From the NCBI GenBank assembly GCA_002779595.1, contig PEWF01000088.1:7669-31764 (forward strand): 24,096 nucleotides of DNA. The letters are read 5' to 3'. A program made the translations under genes and the position numbers. The notes beneath the pieces are model-generated. The model searched no databases and was not told the DNA's origin. It saw nothing but the letters and a program-made list of their open reading frames with translations. Positions within the stretch are counted from its first letter, which is position 1, and the number at the start of each line of letters is the position of its first letter. Shown here in pieces: positions 17,127-24,096 of the stretch. The DNA is from an archaeon CG07_land_8_20_14_0_80_38_8. Lineage in GTDB: Archaea > Nanobdellota > Nanobdellia > Tiddalikarchaeales > Tiddalikarchaeaceae.

Positions 17127-17749
17127 AAACCGTGCTCGCCCTTCAAAGGCACAAACCTGAACTCGCCCAAATCACTCTTAACAACGCCCTTCCTTGTCTT
17201 TTTCAATTTAATCATGGTTTGGATAAAATCGCCGACAGGAATAACCATTACTCCGCCAATCCTTAACTGGTAAACCAAAGGCTCGGGAATTTTAGGAGCA
17301 GCAGCAGTGACAATAATTTTGTCAAAAGGCGCGCCCTCAGGACAGCCTTTGCTCCCGTCACCAAGCAAAACAGTGACATTAGAATAATTTTTCAGGTTCT
17401 TCCGCGCAAACAAAAATAACCCCTTCAGAAATTCAACTGAGAAAACTCTTCCCTCTTTGCCAACGCACTCGCTCAATATTGCTGCCTGGTAACCGCTCCC
17501 AGCGCCCACTTCCAATACCTTCTCACCCTTTCTGGGGCTTAATGCCTGGGTCATTATTGCAACAGTGGTGGGCTGGCTAATAGTCTGCCCCTCCCCAATG
17601 TGCAGTGGAGCATCATCATACGCGTAATCATGCAAATATTCAGGGATGAAATTTTTTCTGTCAACTTTCCTGAAAGCATTAAGAATATTCTTAGTAGTAA
17701 TAATTTTGTCTTTTTTCCAGTAATTAATCAAAGCCATCTTCCTGCTCAT
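17123..17749 (-). CDS. pcm: Protein-L-isoaspartate O-methyltransferase
   Basis: AF.KVDR..F, AY.D.PL.IGEGQTISQP, VLEVGAGSGYQAA, GDG..G, APFDKI.VTAAA, RFVPL. Confidence 0.95.
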   Translation of the reverse strand: MSRKMALINYWKKDKIITTKNILNAFRKVDRKNFIPEYLHDYAYDDAPLHIGEGQTISQPTTVAIMTQALSPRKGEKVLEVGAGSGYQAAILSECVGKEGRVFSVEFLKGLFLFARKNLKNYSNVTVLLGDGSKGCPEGAPFDKIIVTAAAPKIPEPLVYQLRIGGVMVIPVGDFIQTMIKLKKTRKGVVKSDLGEFRFVPLKGEHGF

Positions 17750-17771
17750 TATTAATTCTTATGAATCCAAA

Positions 17772-17781
17772 TTTTTTTAAA
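17772..17781. promoter_or_regulatory. Central AT block that could act as TATA box for both pcm and ppaC
   Basis: TTTTTTTAAA lies about 25-32 nt from both ATG 17749 (-) and ATG 17807 (+). Confidence 0.4.
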
Positions 17782-17806
17782 CCTTTTATTATTACTAATC
17801 TAATTG

Positions 17807-18736
17807 ATGAGCAATGAAGTTATAGTAATAGGACATAAGAATCCTGATTTGGACAGCGTGGCAAGCGCCATTGCTTTTGCAGACTTCAAAAACAAGACAG
17901 GAGAGAAAGGATGGATTCCGAAAGCAGCAGGAAAACTGGACAATGAAACCAGATTCGTATTCGACAAATTCAAGATTAAAGCTCCTGAAATAATAGAAAA
18001 TTTGAAAGGGAAAAAAGTTGCACTAATGGACCACTGCACAATGTGCCAAATAGTTAACGGGATAGAAGACGCTGAAATAGTGGAAGTGGTAGACCACCAC
18101 AATATCGGGGATATTGAAACCAGCAAGCCCATAAGGTTCCATAATGAACCAGTTGGCTCAACGTGCACAATCATAGCATCATATTATTTTAACCACAAGA
18201 TTGCAGTACCTGAAAAAATAGCACAATTATTGCTTGCGGGGATTATCAGCGATACTGACCTGTTCAAATCACCCACAACTACTCAGCTGGACTTGGACAT
18301 TAAAAAGAAACTTGAAAAAATAACAGGAATTAATTCCAAAATGCTTGGCGCTGAAATGTTCAAAGTGAAAAGCAATTTCTCCTCAAAAACCACAACTCAG
18401 ATTATTACTGAGGATTTCAAGGAATACGATTTGCCTCTTGGCGTGAAACTTGCATGCTCTCAGGCGAAAACAATGAACAACAAGGAATTCCTCTCAGAGA
18501 GGGGTGATGAAATATTAAAGGTTATGAAAGAATTATCCGCGAAGAACAATTACGACTTATTCGTTGTCATAATTACTGACTTATTTAAGGAGGGGAGCGA
18601 CGTCTTTGCCATTGGCAGGACTGACATTTTTGAAAAAGCAATGGATGCAAAACTGAAAAATAATCACGTTTACATTCCAGGGCTTATGAGCAGGAAATCG
18701 CAGGTCATCCCGAAACTAATAGGATTAAAGGAATAA
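17807..18736 (+). CDS. ppaC: Manganese-dependent inorganic pyrophosphatase (family II, DHH/DHHA2)
   Basis: IGHKNPDLDS, ET.F, VVDHH, EPVGST.TI, GIISDT.LFKSPTTT, D.KEY, ITD, SRKSQVIP. Confidence 0.94.
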   Translation: MSNEVIVIGHKNPDLDSVASAIAFADFKNKTGEKGWIPKAAGKLDNETRFVFDKFKIKAPEIIENLKGKKVALMDHCTMCQIVNGIEDAEIVEVVDHHNIGDIETSKPIRFHNEPVGSTCTIIASYYFNHKIAVPEKIAQLLLAGIISDTDLFKSPTTTQLDLDIKKKLEKITGINSKMLGAEMFKVKSNFSSKTTTQIITEDFKEYDLPLGVKLACSQAKTMNNKEFLSERGDEILKVMKELSAKNNYDLFVVIITDLFKEGSDVFAIGRTDIFEKAMDAKLKNNHVYIPGLMSRKSQVIPKLIGLKE

Positions 18737-18764
18737 AAAAAAGAGAAAAAATAAAAAAATAAAA
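18737..18764 (-). terminator. Oligo-T tract, probable archaeal intrinsic terminator for the thioredoxin-fold gene
   Basis: Minus strand reads TTTTATTTTTTTATTTTTCTCTTTTTT immediately after the TGA-TAG stops. Confidence 0.55.
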
Positions 18765-18771
18765 TTTTCTA

Positions 18772-19869
18772 TCAGCAGCTTCCAGTTGCCTGCGCAACCT
18801 GTATACTGTCAATATTTTCACAACCGCTCAAAGCATTATGCAATGAGCACAATAATCCCAAAGGACCATTAGTCAAAGACAAAGCACTGCTTGTTCCGAT
18901 TATTACGTTGTCAAAAACGTAAGTCGGGCTTGACGAAACACTTAATTCATCAGCAACTAATATGTCTTCAGCGTACAAGTTCCATCCGATTTCTGAATTA
19001 ATGCATTCATTCATTAATGTCTCATTATATCCCATGTTCTGAATTGTCTTGGATATGTTCATGTCATTATTGATATGGGCTGTTATGAAATCTGTCCAGT
19101 TATTGTAATATTTCATTGCGCATAATTGTGCAATATCATTCTCAACCTCTTCAGGGCCGTGCAGGCTGCAGTAATACTTAGTATCATTCTTCTGCTCGCA
19201 CATTCCATAAGACTGGTAGTAATTCTTGTAATCGTCAGACAAAGCATTCCACTGCGCAGCAGTGTAAACGTTCCCAATGTAATGAATGTTCAAATCAAAA
19301 CCTGAAATAGTATCCATTGCATTTATCATTGTCTGCTGAGCTGGCTTCCCATAAGGGCACTCGCTCATCACGAACAAGTCAATAGTTGGAGTATTGGTTT
19401 CATCCCTTACCAAACTCTTTGTTCCCTGAATATTCAATAGGTAATAATCACTTATTGGAATAATCCAGTAATTATCTGAATACAGTGTGAAATTACCAGC
19501 ATCCTGAACATCAGAGGCGAAGAATGCAGCAGGCAGACTCGTAATGCTTAATTCATTAACGAATTCCTGGCCTTCGGGGGTGTTAACGTCAACGTAATGA
19601 GTTTCAACGTTAGCAAAATCCAGCTCCACTCTTGGTTCTATCCAACTACTATCACAAACCGGACACGAAGAATCTGTTAAAACGTAAAGAGTAATTGCAC
19701 CTTCCGAAGAAACAGGGGTTACAATGTTTAATGAGTTAACAATTAATCCAACAGCTATTATTCCTGCAAGGAAAATAACCGGCACTTTCCAGTTAAACCC
19801 CTCACCATTCTTAACCTTCCTCTTTGAATTCTTAACACTCTTACTTTTAACTTTCTTAGTTCGAGCCAT
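18772..19869 (-). CDS. Membrane-anchored exported thioredoxin-fold protein with two domains (CPVC domain, then GILT/DsbA-like CPYG domain)
   Basis: Basic N-terminus plus a single TM helix. LYVLTDSSCPVC...SLP and DLFVMSECPYG...CSLHGPEE...QLC...SSPT.VF. 10 Cys and 5 N-x-S/T sequons. Confidence 0.7.
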   Translation of the reverse strand: MARTKKVKSKSVKNSKRKVKNGEGFNWKVPVIFLAGIIAVGLIVNSLNIVTPVSSEGAITLYVLTDSSCPVCDSSWIEPRVELDFANVETHYVDVNTPEGQEFVNELSITSLPAAFFASDVQDAGNFTLYSDNYWIIPISDYYLLNIQGTKSLVRDETNTPTIDLFVMSECPYGKPAQQTMINAMDTISGFDLNIHYIGNVYTAAQWNALSDDYKNYYQSYGMCEQKNDTKYYCSLHGPEEVENDIAQLCAMKYYNNWTDFITAHINNDMNISKTIQNMGYNETLMNECINSEIGWNLYAEDILVADELSVSSSPTYVFDNVIIGTSSALSLTNGPLGLLCSLHNALSGCENIDSIQVAQATGSC

Positions 19870-19890
19870 AGCATATATATTACTGAATTA

Positions 19891-19900
19891 GATTTAAAAA
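19891..19900 (-). promoter_or_regulatory. TATA-like box for the thioredoxin-fold gene
   Basis: Minus strand TTTTTAAATC, 22-31 nt upstream of ATG 19869. Confidence 0.45.
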
Positions 19901-19929
19901 GTTTTATGTTAATTAAATACTTCATAAAT

Positions 19930-20808
19930 ATGATGGATTTCATAACTGCAGGCAAAATAACTAAGGAAGCAGTGATTCTTGCAAGGAAAAACATACGCGA
20001 AGGAGTAAACATTTACGATTACGTGAAAAAAATAGAAGACTTCATCAAGAGCAAAGGTGCAGGACTCGCTTTTCCAGTGAACATCAGCATTAACGAATAC
20101 GCAGCGCATGACACAGCAGATTATAAGAGCAATAAAATTTTTCAGGCAGGACAGGTTGTAAAAGTTGACATTGGCGCGGAAGTTAACGGTTACGTGGGTG
20201 ACAGCGCATTCACCAGTGAAATAAAAACTAAAGAATACTCTGACTTAATACTCAGCAGCGAGAAAGCACTAAGCGAAGCATTGAAAATAATAAAGCCTGG
20301 GATTAAACTGCGCGAAATCGGCGCAGTAATAAACAGTACCATTGCAATGTTCGGGTACAACCCCATCAAGAACTTGGGAGGGCACGGCGTGGGAAAATAC
20401 TCACTGCATACCGGGATATTCATACCAAATTATGACAACCATGACAACCACGAACTAAAAGAGGATGACATGGTTGCAATAGAACCATTCGCAACAACAG
20501 GCAAAGGGAGTGTGGTGAGCAGCAATTCAGTAAAAATTCACTCATTCACTGAAAAAAAGCCGGTGCGTTCCCCAAGCGCAAGGAAAATTCAGGAATACAT
20601 TATGAAAAATTTCAACACCCTGCCTTTTGCAGAGCACCAATTGCAGCCATCATTCAAAAATTCCGAGATTAGATTCGGAATAGCAGAATTAATCAGGGCA
20701 GGCGCTCTTCACTCATATCCTTTGCTAAGGGAGGCAAGCAACGGAGTAGTGAGCCAGGCAGAGCATACTGTCTTAGTGAAAGACGAGCCGATAATAACAA
20801 CTAACTAA
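19930..20808 (+). CDS. map: Methionine aminopeptidase, type II
   Basis: AFPVNIS.N..AAH.T, KVDIG..V.GY.GDSA, NLGGHG, AIEPFAT.G.G, SQAEHTV. The start is more likely ATG 19930/19933 than 19906. Confidence 0.95.
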   Translation: MMDFITAGKITKEAVILARKNIREGVNIYDYVKKIEDFIKSKGAGLAFPVNISINEYAAHDTADYKSNKIFQAGQVVKVDIGAEVNGYVGDSAFTSEIKTKEYSDLILSSEKALSEALKIIKPGIKLREIGAVINSTIAMFGYNPIKNLGGHGVGKYSLHTGIFIPNYDNHDNHELKEDDMVAIEPFATTGKGSVVSSNSVKIHSFTEKKPVRSPSARKIQEYIMKNFNTLPFAEHQLQPSFKNSEIRFGIAELIRAGALHSYPLLREASNGVVSQAEHTVLVKDEPIITTN

Positions 20809-20809
20809 G

Positions 20810-20818
20810 TTTTATAAA
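20810..20818 (+). promoter_or_regulatory. TATA box for ugd
   Basis: TTTTATAAA, 26-34 nt upstream of ATG 20844. Confidence 0.55.
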
Positions 20819-20843
20819 TGAGAATAATTTAAGTTTTAAACTA

Positions 20844-22100
20844 ATGAATATTGCAATTATAGGAACAGGCTATGTGGGATTAACAACAGGAGTGTGCTTA
20901 GCCAGCAAAGGGCACCAAGTCACGTGCGTGGACCTGGACCAGGAAAAAATTAACATGATTAATTCAGGCACTCCGCCAATTTTTGAGGAAGGCATGAAGG
21001 AATTGCTGGAAGAAGTGATAAGCGCTGGATTGTTAATCGCGACAATTGACTCAGAGAATGCGATAAAGCATGCTGAAATTATTTTCTTATGCGTCGGCAC
21101 TCCAAGCAAAGATGACGGAAGCATTAACCTTGAATATTTGAAAAAAGCAGCAAATACTATTGCAGAAAAAGCAGGCAACCATAAAATTGTAGTAATCAAA
21201 AGCACAGTAGTGCCGGGCACTACAATGAATGCAGTGAAGCCAATACTTGACGCATCAGGCATTAACCACGGATTGTGCATGAATCCTGAATTCCTAAAAG
21301 AAGGCGCAGCAATCAAGGACTTCTTAGAAGGCGACAGAGTAGTATTGGGAGTAACTGACAAAGAAACTGAAACAATAATGCGCGAATTATACAAGGACTT
21401 TCCCCAGCAATTGTTCATCACTAATCCGACAACTGCTGAAATGATAAAATACGCGAATAACAGTTTATTAGCCACTAAGATTAGTTTCGCGAATGAGTTG
21501 GGGAATTTGTGCAAAAAATTAGGTATTGACTCCTATGAAGTAATGGATGGAGTAGGATTGGACAAGAGGTTAAGCAGGCAATTCCTTAACTGCGGCGCGG
21601 GATTCGGAGGCTCATGCTTCCCGAAAGACGTGAAAGCCATTATAAGCAAAGGGTTAGAGGAAGGCGAAGGAATGAAATTGTTAAAAACAGTCATTGAAGT
21701 GAATAATGAGCAGCCGGTTAAAATGATAAAATTATTAGAAAAGCACGCAAATCCTGTTAACAAAAAAATAGGAATACTAGGGCTCGCATTCAAGCAAGGA
21801 ACTGATGATGTGAGGGAAGCTCCGAGCATTGCAATAATTAATGAATTGTTAAAAATGAATTCTGACATCACAGTTTACGACCCTGAGGCAATGAGTAATG
21901 CCAAGAAAATATTCAGTGATAAAATAAAATATGCTGAGAGTGCGCGGGAATGCGCCAATAAAAGCGATGCAATATTAATACTTACTGGCTGGGACGAGTT
22001 CAGGAAGCCGGAATTATACAGTAATAAAATTGTGATTGACGGCAGAAGAATCAAAGAAGCAGAACAAAACGCGAAAATATACGAAGGCATCTGCTGGTAA
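20844..22100 (+). CDS. ugd: UDP-glucose/GDP-mannose dehydrogenase family protein (probable UDP-glucose 6-dehydrogenase)
   Basis: GTGYVG, CVGTP, KSTVVPGT, NPEFLKEG, EMIKYANN, catalytic GFGGSCFPKD, LAFK.GTDD.REAP. Confidence 0.93.
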   Translation: MNIAIIGTGYVGLTTGVCLASKGHQVTCVDLDQEKINMINSGTPPIFEEGMKELLEEVISAGLLIATIDSENAIKHAEIIFLCVGTPSKDDGSINLEYLKKAANTIAEKAGNHKIVVIKSTVVPGTTMNAVKPILDASGINHGLCMNPEFLKEGAAIKDFLEGDRVVLGVTDKETETIMRELYKDFPQQLFITNPTTAEMIKYANNSLLATKISFANELGNLCKKLGIDSYEVMDGVGLDKRLSRQFLNCGAGFGGSCFPKDVKAIISKGLEEGEGMKLLKTVIEVNNEQPVKMIKLLEKHANPVNKKIGILGLAFKQGTDDVREAPSIAIINELLKMNSDITVYDPEAMSNAKKIFSDKIKYAESARECANKSDAILILTGWDEFRKPELYSNKIVIDGRRIKEAEQNAKIYEGICW

Positions 22101-22110
22101 TTTCACAATA

Positions 22111-22118
22111 CTTAAATA
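22111..22118 (+). promoter_or_regulatory. TATA box for topA
   Basis: CTTAAATA, 27-34 nt upstream of ATG 22145. Confidence 0.5.
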
Positions 22119-22144
22119 ATCCTTGAATTAATAATAATCCCTGA

Positions 22145-24096
22145 ATGACTCACACTTTAATGATAAGCGAGAAGCCTGATGCTGCGCACAAAATAGCAAT
22201 GGCACTGGCAGACAAGAACACTATCCATGAAATTAAAATTAACAAGACAAGATACTACACCTTCAAAAGGGGAGGGAAAAATTATGCAGTAGTGCCGGCA
22301 GTGGGGCACTTGTTCACATTAAAAAATTTGAACGGAAAAAAATGGACATACCCGGTTTTTGAAAGCGAGTGGGTGCCGTCATTCGAAGCTGACAAGAAAG
22401 CATTATTCACGAAACAATACTACAAAAATTTTGAAAAAATGGGAAAGGATGCTGATGAGTTCATAGTGTGCACTGACTGGGACACTGAAGGAAGCGTAAT
22501 CGCGTACAACATTTTAAGATTCATACTTAAAAGAAAAACTGCTCAGAGGATGTTCTTCACCACTCTAACAAGCGAGGAATTAAACGAGAGTTTTGAAAAC
22601 GCTAAAAAAACAATAGACAAAGGCATGATAAACGCTGGGCTTGCAAGGCACAGGCTTGACTGGATGTACGGAGTAAACTTGACACGCGCACTAACACTAT
22701 CATTGAAGAAAGCAAGAGGAGGATTCCACCTGTTAAGCACTGGCAGGGTTCAGGGGCCAACCCTGAAAATATTAACAGACAGGGAAGAGGAAATAATGAA
22801 ATTCAAGCCTGAAGATTACTGGGAAATCCGAATCAAATGGAACAAAGACTATGACGCTATTTACGAAGAGAAAAGAATCTTCCAAAAAGAAATAATGGAA
22901 AGAATAGCAAAAGAGTGCTCAAAAGCAAAAGAAGGAGTCATAAAAAAAGTAACCATAAAGGAAGTAAAAGTTCCCCCGCCATTCCCCTTCAATCTTACGG
23001 ATTTGCAGAGCGAAGCATACAACCAGTTCAAATACAACCCCTACAAGACCCAGGAAATTGCGCAAAAATTGTACACCCACGCATTAATCAGTTACCCGAG
23101 AACAAGCAGCCAGAAACTGCCGCCAAGAATTAATTACGCAAAAATATTAAGCAAATTAAAAAACCAGAAATTTTACTCCAAAAACTGCGAGGAATTGCTG
23201 AAAGAAAAAAACTTAAAAGCTAATCAGGGGAAAAAAGACGACTCAGCGCACACCGCTATTTACCCAACAGGGGAAACGCCCAAAAGTTTAAGCGTGCAGG
23301 AAAAAAACCTTTACGACTTAATAGCCAGAAGATTCCTGAGCGTTTTCGGAAAAACAGGGCTTAAAGAAAGCAAAAAAATAATCATAAACGTTAACAATAA
23401 TAATTTTGTAAGCCACGGCTCAACAATACTTGACAAAGGCTGGATGAAACACTACGGAAAATACGCGAACAACAAGGAAACATTACTGCCTGAATTGAAG
23501 GAAGGTGAAAAAGTCAGCGTTGACAAATTCGAAACCCTGAAAAAAGAAACCCAGCCGCCCAACAGGTACACCCACGCTGGAATCGTGAGCGAAATGGAAA
23601 AAAGAGGATTAGGAACCAAAGGAACAAGGGCAAATATTGTAAAAACCCTTAACGACAGGGAATACATCCGCGAGGAAAGCATACACGTAACAAAGTTAGG
23701 ATTGGGAGTCACGAAGGCATTAAAGGAATACTGCCCGAGAATAATCAGCGAGGATTTAACCAAGCGCTTTGAAAAATTAATGGAATTAATCAGCAAAGAC
23801 AAGGAAACCAAGGAAGAAGTAATCGCGCACGCGCAGGACGTCTTAACAGAGATAAGCAATGAATTCAAAGATAATGAGGAAAAAATAGGGAAAGAATTAA
23901 ACAAATCATTGGAGGCAATGTGGGAAGAAGAAAGCAATGTAGGAGAAAAAGCAGGGAAGTGCCCAAAATGCGGGGGCGACCTGGTAATAATGTATAGCAA
24001 AAAGAATAACCAGGAATTCATCGGCTGCGCGAATTACCCAAAGTGCGAAACAAGCTACAGCCTGCCGCTAACAAATTATGAATTAACCAAGAAAAC
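22145..24096 (+). CDS. topA: DNA topoisomerase I (type IA, archaeal); 3'-truncated and absent from the ORF track
   Basis: Read directly from the DNA: MTHTLMISEKP, AVGHL, CTDWDTEG, R...DW.YG.N.TR, STGRVQGP.L, active-site LISYPRTSS, AH.AIYPTG, GLGTKGTR, and C-terminal zinc ribbon CPKCGG...GCANYPKC. Confidence 0.96.
   Translation, partial: MTHTLMISEKPDAAHKIAMALADKNTIHEIKINKTRYYTFKRGGKNYAVVPAVGHLFTLKNLNGKKWTYPVFESEWVPSFEADKKALFTKQYYKNFEKMGKDADEFIVCTDWDTEGSVIAYNILRFILKRKTAQRMFFTTLTSEELNESFENAKKTIDKGMINAGLARHRLDWMYGVNLTRALTLSLKKARGGFHLLSTGRVQGPTLKILTDREEEIMKFKPEDYWEIRIKWNKDYDAIYEEKRIFQKEIMERIAKECSKAKEGVIKKVTIKEVKVPPPFPFNLTDLQSEAYNQFKYNPYKTQEIAQKLYTHALISYPRTSSQKLPPRINYAKILSKLKNQKFYSKNCEELLKEKNLKANQGKKDDSAHTAIYPTGETPKSLSVQEKNLYDLIARRFLSVFGKTGLKESKKIIINVNNNNFVSHGSTILDKGWMKHYGKYANNKETLLPELKEGEKVSVDKFETLKKETQPPNRYTHAGIVSEMEKRGLGTKGTRANIVKTLNDREYIREESIHVTKLGLGVTKALKEYCPRIISEDLTKRFEKLMELISKDKETKEEVIAHAQDVLTEISNEFKDNEEKIGKELNKSLEAMWEEESNVGEKAGKCPKCGGDLVIMYSKKNNQEFIGCANYPKCETSYSLPLTNYELTKK

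Noticed and set aside
18769-18777. The thioredoxin-fold gene ends Gly-Ser-Cys-TGA-TAG, suggestive of a C-terminal Cys-Sec redox pair
   Set aside because: The 3' region is a 35-nt T-tract with no visible SECIS-like hairpin, and there are no sel genes in the window. Tandem stops are common, so plain termination is the simpler reading.
19758-20012. 84-aa minus-strand ORF across the thioredoxin/map divergent region
   Set aside because: It overlaps both real genes and has no coding signature.
20161-20210. MAP has GAEV where type II enzymes usually have G(A/T)H(V/I)
   Set aside because: That His is not one of the five metal ligands, and the D, D, H, E, E ligands are all present, so the enzyme is likely ordinary.
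20870-22090. Three consecutive same-frame antisense ORFs (214, 112 and 71 aa) opposite ugd
   Set aside because: They lie in the shadow frame where a stop requires the next sense codon to begin with TA or CA, so long open stretches are expected. No recognisable motifs.
23452-24021. 189-aa minus-strand ORF, and plus-strand ORFs at 22915-23133
   Set aside because: They are shadows of topA, which the ORF track missed because it has no stop in the window.
1-24096. tRNA, rRNA, CRISPR array, IS or transposase, integrase
   Set aside because: No intergenic gap exceeds about 100 nt. I saw no cloverleaf, periodic repeat-spacer pattern, terminal inverted repeats or recombinase motifs.

Overview
AT-rich, very gene-dense archaeal window, most likely DPANN-type. 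This is inferred from the archaeal Orc1/Cdc6, AglB/STT3, type II MAP, archaeal topoisomerase IA, TATA boxes about 25-35 nt before start codons, and intergenic gaps all under 100 nt. The left 10.8 kb is a surface-glycan locus: the C-terminal part of a radical SAM enzyme, CDP-sugar genes (rfbF, rfbG, an RmlD-family reductase), two GT4s, four GT2s, a GT-C (PMT/ArnT-like) enzyme and a GtrA flippase. Next is a tightly coupled minus-strand run, cdc6 - SpoIIM-like - aglB - aglH(GPT) - mscL. To its right lie a PspC-domain fusion gene divergent from cdc6, pcm, a family II PPase, a membrane-anchored tandem-thioredoxin/GILT-like protein, map, ugd and a 3'-truncated topA. I found no tRNA, rRNA, CRISPR array or mobile element. 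The strongest leads are the apparent co-transcription of the replication initiator with the core N-glycosylation machinery and MscL, the helical-domain-PspC fusion and palindrome at the cdc6 promoter, and an exported Cys-rich oxidoreductase near aglB. All family calls come from motif recognition by eye, not database searches.
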